Positions 20,547 to 31,411 of a stretch of DNA of 64,000 bases are shown piece after piece. Position 1 is the first letter of the stretch. Every line of letters begins with the position of its first letter. Source of the DNA: a virus; IMG/VR virus record IMGVR_UViG_3300044655_001643. One strand, 5' to 3'. The notes below the pieces were generated by a model. It saw only the letters and a list, made by a program, of their open reading frames with translations, ran no database searches and had not been told where the DNA came from. A program made the translations under genes and the position numbers.

Positions 20547-21215
20547 TTACATTCCACCAAATAAAAATGCATCATCAAATATGTCTGGAGGTGATACGAT
20601 GTTATTTCCAGAGATTGCATTATCTGCGATTAGATTACCTGTAATTGTTCCCTCAACAATATTGTTAGCACGAATAATACCTTCAGCCAATTCATTACCA
20701 GTAATTGCACCATCTGCAATTAGATTACCTGTGATTGTACCTGCAACAATATTATTAGCACGAATTGAATTTTCTGTAATGTTATTTCCACTTACCGAAG
20801 TCACACCTAGTTTTACACCCGTAACACTACCATCTGCAATATCTGATGCAATCACTGTTCCTGGTGCAATCTTACTGCTCGTCACAGAGTTATCTGCAAG
20901 TGCTCCTGTAGTAACTGCATTTGCTTGAAGTTGACTTGCAGAAACTTGATTGAACGTCAGTGTAATTGGTGATGTATAGTTCACCAAAATGTTTTCTGTT
21001 CCTAGAGATGGCGCTTCAGTAAATGTAACAATACCTGAAGAAACATTATACGATGCTATTGGTGTTTGTAATACACTGTTGACAACAACTAAAATCGCAT
21101 TGGCATCATCAATAGTTCTTGACAAAGTGAACTGAGTGCAAGCACCTGTACCGCTAAACTTGTCTACTTTAGCAGTAAAAACGTTGACTTCAGGGCTATT
21201 GCCAATATATGCCAT
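20547..21215 (-). CDS. Fibre linker: MAYIGN start, Ig-like domain, repeat stalk, DDAFLFGGM end
   Basis: Same architecture as 15751..16323, with the C-terminus of 2539..2862. Confidence 0.7.
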   Translation of the reverse strand: MAYIGNSPEVNVFTAKVDKFSGTGACTQFTLSRTIDDANAILVVVNSVLQTPIASYNVSSGIVTFTEAPSLGTENILVNYTSPITLTFNQVSASQLQANAVTTGALADNSVTSSKIAPGTVIASDIADGSVTGVKLGVTSVSGNNITENSIRANNIVAGTITGNLIADGAITGNELAEGIIRANNIVEGTITGNLIADNAISGNNIVSPPDIFDDAFLFGGM

Positions 21216-21547
21216 TAGGTAATCTCCAGAATTGAAACAATAACGTCTGCTGATGATGCGATTGAAGTGTTGACTTGTAGATAGTCACCTGATTCAAGCA
21301 CTAGTTTTTGATCGCCGCCGACTGGCACTAAAGCACCACCAGGTGCCACTGTCGCTTCTTTGACCAGATAAACATTACCAGTAATATTGCCTCCACTTAG
21401 AATGACATTTGCAGAAATTGGTGTAGCAGTAATGTTGGCAATTGTCATACCAATTACCGTTGCTTGTACGCCAGCACCAGCTGCATAAGCATTCTGCGCT
21501 GTTGTTCCAGCAGCTTTGAGTGTTTGATTTTTGAAAGTATTAGCCAT
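21215..21547 (-). CDS. Small beta-sandwich adaptor, type A (MANTFKN...)
   Basis: TVIGMTIAN...ATVAPGGAL...QKLVLESGDYLQV...SILEIT. Confidence 0.65.
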   Translation of the reverse strand: MANTFKNQTLKAAGTTAQNAYAAGAGVQATVIGMTIANITATPISANVILSGGNITGNVYLVKEATVAPGGALVPVGGDQKLVLESGDYLQVNTSIASSADVIVSILEIT

Positions 21548-21576
21548 TAAATCCTCTGTTTTTCTTCAGTATTTAT

Positions 21577-21792
21577 TCAACCCAAAGCGATAGCAAAAGC
21601 AAGGGCATCATCAACAATAGAGTTATTTCCAGTTACAGTAAAGTCTCCACCAACAACTAAGTTTGTGTTAGCATAAAACGTGCCACCGACACCGTTTGTC
21701 AGATTATTCGCAACTGCAATCAGGTCTTGTGTTGAAACAAGCCACTGCTGGAAAGTATTTGCGGTAGTTACTTGATTAATATTCGCTGGCAT
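21577..21792 (-). CDS. Minimal fibre root protein ending DDALAFAIALG
   Basis: N-terminal V.TANTFQQW motif of T4-like fibre/whisker attachment segments; only 71 aa. Confidence 0.55.
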   Translation of the reverse strand: MPANINQVTTANTFQQWLVSTQDLIAVANNLTNGVGGTFYANTNLVVGGDFTVTGNNSIVDDALAFAIALG

Positions 21793-21794
21793 TT

Positions 21795-22004
21795 TTATCC
21801 TCTATTTACAATCTGTTGCAACAAAAACTTGATTTCTTGAAAATCATTTTTCAAAGACGCTATCTCTTCATTGAGATGTTGAATCTCATCTTTCACTTTG
21901 TTTTTATTTCTGTGTTCCATCAAAGTTTCCCTGTCAACGCTAATTATTGCATTGTTGAAAGGATCTCTCAAAAGATTTTTATGGTCTTTTACTTTATGCA
22001 TCAT
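21795..22004 (-). CDS. Small coiled-coil protein following the VrlC-like gene
   Basis: KVKDH.NL.RD..NNAII...EI..LKNDFQEIK.LL. Confidence 0.65.
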   Translation of the reverse strand: MMHKVKDHKNLLRDPFNNAIISVDRETLMEHRNKNKVKDEIQHLNEEIASLKNDFQEIKFLLQQIVNRG

Positions 22005-25000
22005 GATAGTGCAATCACTCTCAGGTTCTTGACTGTCGGTGCAGCCGCCGGATTTGTAGAGAAGAACACAATCTTGATTGCAAATGTTCTGAAGTTTGTA
22101 TATGTAACTCCACTTGAAGTGTAAGCAACATTATTCACCTTGTATTCGTAATCATAGTATTCAGAAGCATTTTGATTTACCGAAGATACTCCACTCGGCG
22201 CCATCAATATCCAAGGCTTGTTCTCAATCTTATCCGAGTCGGTTGCCGCTACAGCACGGTAATACACTTGAATTGAAGAACCCTGCGGTAAGTTTTGTTG
22301 CAGATAAACTCTGAGAGCAGTCGCATCAAATCCATCATTCAGTGTAACTTTTCTCAGAAGATATTTTGATGCTGCACCACCACCCGATGACAATGTTTCA
22401 GGATACGATGTTACATTTGCTGATACTGGACTTTCTAACAGATTTTTGATTGCAACATATGTAGAAGTCGAGACATCAACATATGGTGACACATCTGGAT
22501 TCGTCGTAAACATCGATATTCTTACGTTTGCATCTGCTGCTGTGTTCGCAACTTTTCTTTGATCTAAGATAATGTTGGAGTTAGGAATAATTCCAATGTA
22601 ATCGCTTAGAACTGCTGCACCATTATTTTTGGTTGCCAATTCAAAAGAAATATTTGCAGATGTTGCCACAGAATCATAAGGAATAGTGAGTCTTGCTGCA
22701 TCATATTGCTGCTCGTAACCAAATTGTTCAGTATTCAAAACAGCAACTTGAGTTGTATCTGTGGCAAATTCACACTTTTTCAGAATAAAACAAATATCAC
22801 TGTTTTGATCCGCTGTCCAAGTTGAACCATTCTGAGATTTGAAGAATGAGCCAATGTATGGTTGAGAAACAATTGGTCCTGTACCATCAATTCTTTGCTT
22901 CAGAATCGTACCAATGTAAACATTATATTTGTCTGAGTTTGCAGCAACAACAAAAGAATATTCACCAGGCTCTAAGAAAATTGGAGAACTGAATGTGAAT
23001 GTGGTTGCTACCGGTACATTTGCAGTTACTGGCAAGTTTACACTGGATGGATTTAGCGTTACCGTTGATCCTGGTATTACGTAATCCGAATCTGGGAATC
23101 CATTGACTGTTGGTCTAAGTTCAACGGTGACAGGAATTCCAGATGTATCTTTTGTAGCAAAGAAAAGATCGATGCTTGAAACGTAGATACCTTCAGGATT
23201 CGTGAACTCATTTACAAAGAATGTTTGTGCAAGCGGATCGCCAACAGAACATTTTTCTTTTTTAGCTTCGTTCTTGAATGCTTGTTCAACCTTGTCTAAT
23301 GAAGCACCTCCAGCTGCAACAGATACCCAATAATTATAACCATCTTGATCTGGTTTTCTTCCTAATTCCTTTTCATATAACTGTACAATTTTATCAGCGG
23401 CAGCATTAGCATTAGATACCACAGTTGCATAAGAAGGTGGTGTATATGATGAACTTCCTGTCAAATCGTTAACCGCTTTTTGATAGTCGGTGCTTCCACC
23501 ATATCTTCCGCCACCACTTGAAGCAGCAGTAATAGCAACTGAAACACCCGTTGTATATGATGGAGAATTACTATCGATATAAGGACCAGTTAATTCTCCG
23601 CCAACAACTGTTAGGAAAGGCTGTTTAGGTTTCTTCTTCTTTTTCTTCTTTTTCTTCTTACCAGAATAAAAATAAGTTTCCGCAAGGGTGCCTGCTAATT
23701 CCATTCCTAAACGATTATCGCAGAAATATAAATGATTCTCACCAAAAGTAAACTTGAAGGTATCATCATTAGGAATTTTTAGTTGACCTTTAGCATAACC
23801 ATTAGTGTTTGATACCAGTGCTTCCGTTGTGTAAGTATTAGAAACTGTATTATAAGTGTTCAAATAACTACCTAGATGTACAGAATCCAAGTAAACAGTC
23901 AACTCTGTATTAGGTCGCATTCCAAAAAGTTCAAAGTTGATAGTAGTGTTAGCGACATATAAAAGAACTCTATTATCGTTCAGTTTACTATCATTTTCTC
24001 TTACTAGACCACTGGATGTTGTTTGAATTTCTTGTCCGGAAGTTGAATAATATGTGTATACTATATTATTTTCTTCTGAAAAACCTAGTAAAGCCCAGTC
24101 GTTCCATTTTGTCCCTTCAAAGTTGTTTGAATAAACATAGTTATCCAAATCTTTGTCTTTATTCAAAACAACTTTAGCTTTTTTGAAATCTATCCATTTT
24201 GGAGACTCTTTGTCCAGTTTTACGTATCCAATAAAGCCAACCACGTTGAATGGATTTACATTGATTATTCCTGATGCTACATTCTGAGTAATATAAGGAA
24301 CAGAAGTATAAGACAAAGTGAGTAAATTGCCGGTTACTGCCAGTGTGTTACTGGAAATTGATAAGAAAGTGCCATTACTTTCAAACTTAGGTCTCAAAAC
24401 TTCGTTGTCATAATCAATTGAGCATTTATAGTCTGGACTGAAAACATCACCAACGCCATGACCTTTGAACGAATCTACAATAAATCCATTGTTGAATAAT
24501 CTATTGTCTTGATCATCAAAGTAAGTAGTTGTTGCGACATCTTTTTCTAAGAGATTGAGTGCTGTATAATACTCAACTCTTGTCAAACGAGTGTCGAGGG
24601 CACCAATGTCTTTCATTGTATAACGTCTATTGTTTTGAATAGTTATATCAACATTACTTGTACTGTATGTGTAAGGATCAACTTTCAAAGTATAAAGAGT
24701 CATCGCATCGACTTCATCATTTGGAGTCGGTGGATTGTTCAATGCACTTACACCAGAAATAACTTTGAATGTACCATTCTTACGTAGAACAACTTTATCT
24801 GTTCTTGAGAGATAATATTCAACAGTAGTATCAACTGCACCAAGAACCGAATCAACAATCTGTTGAGAACTAAACGATATTGCTAAATTTGAATAAACAT
24901 TCGATGATGCATCCGAAACTCTAATTGGTCTAAAGTCAACGGAATCTCTCAAATCAATAACTGTTCCATCTGTTTTTGTATAAGTTGGAATAGTGTTGTA

Positions 25001-27340
25001 TGTTGGATATGATAGTGTATCAAAGAAGCCTGTACCAGAATGACTATAACGGTCAAAAATAATCAAAACATTACCACTGTTTACAGTAGCGTCATTATTG
25101 ACTTTGATTGTGGCATGATCGTAGAAACCATCTCTTTGACCATAATCAATCGTAAAACTACCAACTACGTTTACGTTTGCGTTGGCATTAGCAGAATTTG
25201 TTGTGCTATCAGAAATATAAATTGCCGAAACATTGACAACATCAGCAAAACCTAAAGACAGTGTATTTGCAGTATATTGATTGATAAACTTTCTTACGCC
25301 AGTTACTAAAGTTTTCGTTCTTCTTGCTGCTGCTGTAATGTCAATCGTTGTCAAAATGTCTGCCGTACCATTGAAACCTGTGTCGGCAAGGTTGATGTTT
25401 AGAGTAGCTGGAGAACCAACAGATGGACTAGGAAGACTAAAATAAGTATTAGAACTCAAGTCTACCCATTGTCCTCTTGAATATGCACTAGCCGGAGTTC
25501 GAATACAAATAGCATAGTTTTCTTGTTTGTTTCCTCCAGTTGCACTTGCAAATCTTTCTGTTCCATCATTTGTTTGTACTGAACCCACACCAGCAGTAAA
25601 TGAAACAGATTTGAATACTCGTTTTGTATAATAATTTACTTGTGAGAACTCTTTGACTACATCGTAAGAGCTTTCAAAAACTGAGGAATCATAGTTAGTA
25701 TCTGTCAAGTATGCTGATCTAAACGAAAGCGTTGCTGCTCCGTTACTTGCAACAGGCGCTTGGCTAATTGTAATTTGATTACCATTGACTGCTGTTACAT
25801 ACGTTGGAAATCTAATTTCGGCAGCGTTAGGATTGCTAACAGCCATACCAACAGTAACACCAGTTGAGCTGGACAAGTTGATAAGAGGATTCGCACTGTT
25901 ATATGCACCAGTGAGAGTTCTTGTAGTAATTGAACTGGAATCAATATTACATGTTCCATTTACAGAAGTTGTATTACCTGCAATAATTGTATTTGCTAAA
26001 TCAATTGGAGTGTTGCTAGTTTTTACAATATTGAACAACTGCAATTTATAAACAGACGCCGAGCCGTTTCCACTTACATATTCAATATTTCTTGGATATG
26101 CTTCGGCTATCTTTGTTGCTGCTCCAAAGTTTCCATTATTGCTGTGTATTTCAAGTTTTGATGCAGTTGAGAAGTTGAAAATTTCACCGTTTGCACTTGT
26201 CACATAAAAGTAGTTACCATAATATGCAGGAACATCATATCCTGAAACTATTTCTGTATCTCTTGATTTTGACAATACAAGTTCTGTTACACCAACAGTT
26301 TCTATTTCATAGCCTCTGACGTATGCTTTTCCGGGACTTATATCTAAAACAAAATTTGTGTTTGCCGCATCTGCAAATTTTTCATCTGGAATTTTAGGAT
26401 CTAATCCTTCAACTTTATAATCTCCAGATTCATCATATGTTCTTCTAGCAAGAGTATCCGCTAAAATAGAATACTCTGAATTCTGAACATTCTTGACTAA
26501 TTGACCTTTTCTATAACGAGCAACTTCAATGTATTTTGAACTTGTCAGACTTGGAATAGATTCATTAGCACTAATTTCTTTTGTGGTTAGTGTAAGTGTA
26601 ATCTTGTATCTGTCTGCGCCCGGTGCAATATAATTTGAAGCACCAACAGCAGGATCAAGCAAAGAAGTATCTGAAGAAGAAGTTACAATAGATTCCTCAA
26701 CGTCAAAGCCGACGGTAACATTCGCATTATCGGAATATTTTGAAACTATTACAGTTTCAGGATTACTTTGTACGAAATTTCCATTGATGAAAAAAACACC
26801 CTCTGATACAGAAAACACTCTTGCTATGGTAGACGATTCTGTTGCCGATACGTTTGCTCTTGCGACAAGATTGGCTGTTGCAAGGTCATCGGTAGAATAA
26901 ATTCTTAAAGTTTCGGAATTAGCAATTGAACCATTCGAATTGAGTGTTGATATACCTGAAGTTTTTATAAAGGTCAGCAATAATGTATTTGGATCAATGT
27001 CATCGGCAACTACTGCTTTTTTGATTTTGTAAACGGCATTACTGCTATTAGCTACTGCAAAATAATTATCATATCCCGAAATACTAATTGCAGTTCCGGC
27101 ATAAGTTGATTGTAGCTTGACTGAAAAAACTTGTTCGTCAAATGTTTCAGCGCCAGTAACTTTTGAGCCTTCTTGAAAAACATGCTTACCAAAACGATCA
27201 ATTTGATTTTGGAGAATAGTCTGTGATTGTGTCAACTCACGTGCTTGAACGGCACGGCCAGGTCTAAACAGAATTCTGTGAAAATTTTTATCTTCATCAA
27301 AATCATCATAATATGGATTCGTATTGAAATTTAATGCCAT
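22001..27340 (-). CDS. VrlC/DUF4815-type large virion structural protein
   Basis: NFNTNPYYDDFDEDKNFHRILFRPGRAVQARELTQSQTILQNQI; APGADRYKI; LARRTYDESGDY; DPLAQTF. Confidence 0.88.
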   Translation of the reverse strand: MALNFNTNPYYDDFDEDKNFHRILFRPGRAVQARELTQSQTILQNQIDRFGKHVFQEGSKVTGAETFDEQVFSVKLQSTYAGTAISISGYDNYFAVANSSNAVYKIKKAVVADDIDPNTLLLTFIKTSGISTLNSNGSIANSETLRIYSTDDLATANLVARANVSATESSTIARVFSVSEGVFFINGNFVQSNPETVIVSKYSDNANVTVGFDVEESIVTSSSDTSLLDPAVGASNYIAPGADRYKITLTLTTKEISANESIPSLTSSKYIEVARYRKGQLVKNVQNSEYSILADTLARRTYDESGDYKVEGLDPKIPDEKFADAANTNFVLDISPGKAYVRGYEIETVGVTELVLSKSRDTEIVSGYDVPAYYGNYFYVTSANGEIFNFSTASKLEIHSNNGNFGAATKIAEAYPRNIEYVSGNGSASVYKLQLFNIVKTSNTPIDLANTIIAGNTTSVNGTCNIDSSSITTRTLTGAYNSANPLINLSSSTGVTVGMAVSNPNAAEIRFPTYVTAVNGNQITISQAPVASNGAATLSFRSAYLTDTNYDSSVFESSYDVVKEFSQVNYYTKRVFKSVSFTAGVGSVQTNDGTERFASATGGNKQENYAICIRTPASAYSRGQWVDLSSNTYFSLPSPSVGSPATLNINLADTGFNGTADILTTIDITAAARRTKTLVTGVRKFINQYTANTLSLGFADVVNVSAIYISDSTTNSANANANVNVVGSFTIDYGQRDGFYDHATIKVNNDATVNSGNVLIIFDRYSHSGTGFFDTLSYPTYNTIPTYTKTDGTVIDLRDSVDFRPIRVSDASSNVYSNLAISFSSQQIVDSVLGAVDTTVEYYLSRTDKVVLRKNGTFKVISGVSALNNPPTPNDEVDAMTLYTLKVDPYTYSTSNVDITIQNNRRYTMKDIGALDTRLTRVEYYTALNLLEKDVATTTYFDDQDNRLFNNGFIVDSFKGHGVGDVFSPDYKCSIDYDNEVLRPKFESNGTFLSISSNTLAVTGNLLTLSYTSVPYITQNVASGIINVNPFNVVGFIGYVKLDKESPKWIDFKKAKVVLNKDKDLDNYVYSNNFEGTKWNDWALLGFSEENNIVYTYYSTSGQEIQTTSSGLVRENDSKLNDNRVLLYVANTTINFELFGMRPNTELTVYLDSVHLGSYLNTYNTVSNTYTTEALVSNTNGYAKGQLKIPNDDTFKFTFGENHLYFCDNRLGMELAGTLAETYFYSGKKKKKKKKKKPKQPFLTVVGGELTGPYIDSNSPSYTTGVSVAITAASSGGGRYGGSTDYQKAVNDLTGSSSYTPPSYATVVSNANAAADKIVQLYEKELGRKPDQDGYNYWVSVAAGGASLDKVEQAFKNEAKKEKCSVGDPLAQTFFVNEFTNPEGIYVSSIDLFFATKDTSGIPVTVELRPTVNGFPDSDYVIPGSTVTLNPSSVNLPVTANVPVATTFTFSSPIFLEPGEYSFVVAANSDKYNVYIGTILKQRIDGTGPIVSQPYIGSFFKSQNGSTWTADQNSDICFILKKCEFATDTTQVAVLNTEQFGYEQQYDAARLTIPYDSVATSANISFELATKNNGAAVLSDYIGIIPNSNIILDQRKVANTAADANVRISMFTTNPDVSPYVDVSTSTYVAIKNLLESPVSANVTSYPETLSSGGGAASKYLLRKVTLNDGFDATALRVYLQQNLPQGSSIQVYYRAVAATDSDKIENKPWILMAPSGVSSVNQNASEYYDYEYKVNNVAYTSSGVTYTNFRTFAIKIVFFSTNPAAAPTVKNLRVIALS

Positions 27341-27349
27341 GTTTAACCT

Positions 27350-28906
27350 TTAAAATTGTATAATAAATCTAACATTCTCAGCTTGACCATCTTCTCTTTC
27401 TATTTTTTCGATGTTTTCGACGTATAGTACATCACCAGAATATGGTTCAAATTCAGGATTAGTTGATGCTACAACCGTTCTTGATGCACCTGAAGTTGCT
27501 CCAGTTAGTGAAAGACCTACAACAAAAGTTCCTTGAACTTGAGTAATTTTTACAGCACTTGCAGTTTGCGAATAAACAAAACCATAAGCTACAGTGTTAT
27601 TAGCAGTTACTTGAGACACATACTCATTCAGTGTATAAGACGGACCTGGTGTCAGGGTCAATGTTCTTGCTTGAGATATAACTGAATTTGCTGTTGAGTT
27701 ATTTGCTTTTGCTGCTTGACCATATTTATGTGGGTTTCTAAGTAATCCAAATTGTCTGAAAGAAGTATCTACGGAAATCAAACCATTTTCAGTAGAGTCT
27801 ACCTCTCCAATTTTAGCTGTAACTTCAACGTTCTTTGCCAACAAATCTTTTGCTGGGCTCTTAGCATGACCATACTTGGGTGCGATAATCGCTCTTGCAT
27901 TAGCTCCTGTGCCAGAGCCAAATATCAAAACATTTGCTCTTGAATAACCGATGCCAATTGTTGTCAATGTAATTTTAGTTATTGCTCCATTGGCCAAAGT
28001 TGCCGATGCAGCAGCACTTGTTCCATCGCCATCAAAATAAATTCGTGTTGCGAAAGACAAGTTATTACCAGTTCCACCACCGTTTGCTGTTGCGGGTGAA
28101 GATAGTGTTATTTTATTATTTGGTGTGTCGAGAACGGAAACAACTGTTCCTGTTGGAATACCTGTTCCAGAAACGGTCATATTTGCAGCAACGTTTGTCG
28201 TATTAGCGACTGTCAGAATTGAACAACCAGTAATAAATGAAGTGACATTTACAGTTGAGTTGTAATAACCTGTACCACCGTTACTGATTACTACAGTAGT
28301 CAGCTCACCCTCTACGACACCAGTATCATCTAAGTTGAAGTCCGATAGCGTACTTGCTTGCGTATTTCGGGTTGGAGTTGGTATCCAGTCCGTATTCAAG
28401 AATTTGTTCGATGATTTCACATTGAACATGTACTTCCAAATATAGCCATCAGCCGTTGAAATGGCACCGTTTGATGTTGAATAATCGCCTATTGGCTCTA
28501 CTGTAGAGTTTGCAGAGAAGTTATTAGACAGACACTTGTAAACGTTTTTAGCCGATGTAATAATATAGAATGGCTTTAGATTCTGAGATGTGTTGCCAGT
28601 AATCAAATCTGACAAAGCAATTGTATCATCATATTGACGATACTTTGTATTTGCCGTCCAGTTGACTCTCGGAATTACAAGCTCAACATCGTTTGCTGTA
28701 ACTCTCTTTGCAGCAAACATATTGTCCCAAACTAACTTTTCACTTGAGATTGTTTCTACAATGCTTGGCGGTGAAGATTCATTAGCATATGGAGTATGAT
28801 TTCCAATGAAAACATACTGAATAGATGGATCCGAGTCGCTAAAAGAGTTTTTGAATCTCTCAGCATTTTCTAAAGCAAGTTTTTCGGATGTGTAATTTAG
28901 AGCCAT
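27350..28906 (-). CDS. gp8: Baseplate wedge subunit gp8-like
   Basis: VIPRVNW...VYKCLSN...TADGYIWKYMF...FRQFGLLRNP...SGDVLYVEN...R...Q.E. Confidence 0.88.
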   Translation of the reverse strand: MALNYTSEKLALENAERFKNSFSDSDPSIQYVFIGNHTPYANESSPPSIVETISSEKLVWDNMFAAKRVTANDVELVIPRVNWTANTKYRQYDDTIALSDLITGNTSQNLKPFYIITSAKNVYKCLSNNFSANSTVEPIGDYSTSNGAISTADGYIWKYMFNVKSSNKFLNTDWIPTPTRNTQASTLSDFNLDDTGVVEGELTTVVISNGGTGYYNSTVNVTSFITGCSILTVANTTNVAANMTVSGTGIPTGTVVSVLDTPNNKITLSSPATANGGGTGNNLSFATRIYFDGDGTSAAASATLANGAITKITLTTIGIGYSRANVLIFGSGTGANARAIIAPKYGHAKSPAKDLLAKNVEVTAKIGEVDSTENGLISVDTSFRQFGLLRNPHKYGQAAKANNSTANSVISQARTLTLTPGPSYTLNEYVSQVTANNTVAYGFVYSQTASAVKITQVQGTFVVGLSLTGATSGASRTVVASTNPEFEPYSGDVLYVENIEKIEREDGQAENVRFIIQF

Positions 28907-28915
28907 AAGTTTTGT

Positions 28916-31411
28916 TTAGGTAATAATTATCAATGTCTGTGCAGAGGCATTGCTTGTAAATGCACTTGAAACTGTCAATGATGTGTTGCTGACAATTGCA
29001 TTGATTGTTCGAATCTGATTATTTATAGCGATTTGTGTGCCAATCGAAATGATGCCTAAAGTATTTGCTATATTGAATTTGGTATTAGTACCAGTCACAA
29101 TAATAGAGCCATTTGTTGTGGACACTAAACCAGAAATCGTTTCTGAAACCGATGAATCAACCGTAGCTTCTGAATCTATAGAACGTGATATTGGATATTC
29201 AGCAAAGTTTCTGAAACCAGCAGGATGAAGCAGATTCTTCAAAATAGCTGCATACTTTGAGAATTCGGTGGCAACTGAAGTCACATAAGTGAAGTCAATA
29301 TAGTAATCTAAGCCCTCAATCTTTCTATCTAAAGAAGATAGAATACCATCAGAACCTACCCATTTTCCTGGGAAAGAAATATACGATCTTTCAATCTGTG
29401 CATTGGCTGTTGCAGTTCCATCTCCAAAGTTTCCTAAATCAATTGTAGGAATGAACTGATAACCAGCACCAGGATTTGTTATTTTGATTCGTGTGATTTG
29501 TCCAGAAACTCCAGAACCTGTAATTCCAAGTCTTTCACCATCACCCATCAGAGATGTGATTCGTAAATTCGCTGCCGAACCTGTAGCAGAAGAAACTGAA
29601 ACTGTTGGAAAGTTATTTTGTTCGTAGCCTTGACCACCGATCAAGTAACGATCAAAAGCTCCAATTCTTCTTTCTGTAGTTGTTCTTGTAAATGCAACAT
29701 TCACATTTAGTGATGTTGATGAAAGAATTGAGTTGACATATCTAGCTTCGGAGTTGATCATGATGCGGTCACCAACTGCCAACTCATTGACAAAATCTGT
29801 TCCTGTTCCGACAACAACAACATTACCCGCTGTCGTATTAGCGTTACCAGTAATTCTTGTTGGTTGAATTTCTATTCTAGTAATTGCACCAGATGCATTG
29901 GTATTTGTAACTGCTGCTGCAAATCCTCTTCCATAAGTTCCAGAAGGATTTGCACCTATTACAATCTCATCACCTATTCTATAACCAGTGCCACCAGATA
30001 TAATATCAATTCTACCAATAGAGCCGAAAGATTTTATATCAAAAGTATTTGCATACTTGGCGCCATCTGCATCGATTGTAAGATTCGAAGTGTCTGTTCC
30101 CGAATAAAGAATTATAACATTAGTCATTGGACCAATATCAGTAATCGTTGCTTTTGAAAAAGCATCAACAAGACGAGTTGCTATATTTTCGCCTGTAGGA
30201 ATCACACTTGATGGAAAGCCATAATTTGTATTTGATAATACTATATTTGCATATGTGTTGATCGTATCAGTAAAAATTGTATATGAGTTAGCAGAATTTG
30301 CGCCCGATGTATCGATTGCCTGTGACGCTAATGTAATCGTACCATCATCGTTGAATGCTGTTATGATGCCACCAAGTGCAAAACCTGCACCACCATAACC
30401 AACAGTTGCAGCATCGGCAAAACCAACAGACACTTCATCAACAATCGCTTCGGCAGGAATTTGTGGAGCGCCACCAATAATTGTTACTGGATCACCAACA
30501 TTATAACTAGTACCAGCATTTATTATTGTAATTGAACTGAGTGTAGCGACGGTATCTGACCGTATTGTAATAAGAGTTACACCATCATCGGCAAAAACAT
30601 CTGATGTGATTGTTTCGGCGTTGAGAAATGAACCTAACAAAGTAGATTCATCAACATATAACTCAATTGAAGTTTGTTGAGTGATCAATCTTGGCGCTGC
30701 ACGTTCAACAATTGCAGTAGCACCAGAAGTCAGACCTGTGATTTTTCTGTTTGCAAATAATGTTTCATCAAAATTGTCATATACAACTCTTATTTTAGCA
30801 TTGCTGGCTGGCGCAGAATTGAATACTATCTTCTTTGCTTCTTTGAGAATATAAAAGCCGCTCGTAATTACAACATTGTTTACATAAACTGTAACGTCTG
30901 AATCGGCAACTTCTTGTGGAAGAATAAAGATTTTTGTTGTGCCATCACCTTCATAATAAGAGTAAACATCATTGTCAATACGAACGACATTTTCTACTGT
31001 CCACTTGCCGTCCGATGCACGAAGAATATTATCTTTAGGATATGTAATCGTAACTTCTTGACCATAAAGAAGTCTGAACAATAATTCAAATGACTTTACA
31101 CTACCTTTTGTTAGGTATAAAGGTAATGCTTTTTTGATGAGAAGTGCTTTATCAGCAGCAGTATCTAATGGAAATAATGGTGCATAGTTATTGATAAAGT
31201 TTTTCTCAAATTGCTCTATTGAATCATCGACATCTGAAACGTGACGCAGATTTTTAGCTTGCGTAATCAGATCATTGATTTTTGTTCCTTGTTTTTGCTC
31301 AAGGAACTCATAGTACGCCTCAAGAAAAGTGACGAAAAGAGGATATTCGTCCCGAACAAACTCAGGAACTTGACGATTGACAAGTATGGATGTTCTCAGA
31401 TCAGTAGTCAT
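28916..31411 (-). CDS. gp7: Baseplate wedge subunit gp7-like
   Basis: QVPEFVRDEYPLFVTFLEAYYEFLE; KGS..SFELLFRLLY; LLHPAGF; lies between gp6 and gp8. Confidence 0.82.
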   Translation of the reverse strand: MTTDLRTSILVNRQVPEFVRDEYPLFVTFLEAYYEFLEQKQGTKINDLITQAKNLRHVSDVDDSIEQFEKNFINNYAPLFPLDTAADKALLIKKALPLYLTKGSVKSFELLFRLLYGQEVTITYPKDNILRASDGKWTVENVVRIDNDVYSYYEGDGTTKIFILPQEVADSDVTVYVNNVVITSGFYILKEAKKIVFNSAPASNAKIRVVYDNFDETLFANRKITGLTSGATAIVERAAPRLITQQTSIELYVDESTLLGSFLNAETITSDVFADDGVTLITIRSDTVATLSSITIINAGTSYNVGDPVTIIGGAPQIPAEAIVDEVSVGFADAATVGYGGAGFALGGIITAFNDDGTITLASQAIDTSGANSANSYTIFTDTINTYANIVLSNTNYGFPSSVIPTGENIATRLVDAFSKATITDIGPMTNVIILYSGTDTSNLTIDADGAKYANTFDIKSFGSIGRIDIISGGTGYRIGDEIVIGANPSGTYGRGFAAAVTNTNASGAITRIEIQPTRITGNANTTAGNVVVVGTGTDFVNELAVGDRIMINSEARYVNSILSSTSLNVNVAFTRTTTERRIGAFDRYLIGGQGYEQNNFPTVSVSSATGSAANLRITSLMGDGERLGITGSGVSGQITRIKITNPGAGYQFIPTIDLGNFGDGTATANAQIERSYISFPGKWVGSDGILSSLDRKIEGLDYYIDFTYVTSVATEFSKYAAILKNLLHPAGFRNFAEYPISRSIDSEATVDSSVSETISGLVSTTNGSIIVTGTNTKFNIANTLGIISIGTQIAINNQIRTINAIVSNTSLTVSSAFTSNASAQTLIIIT

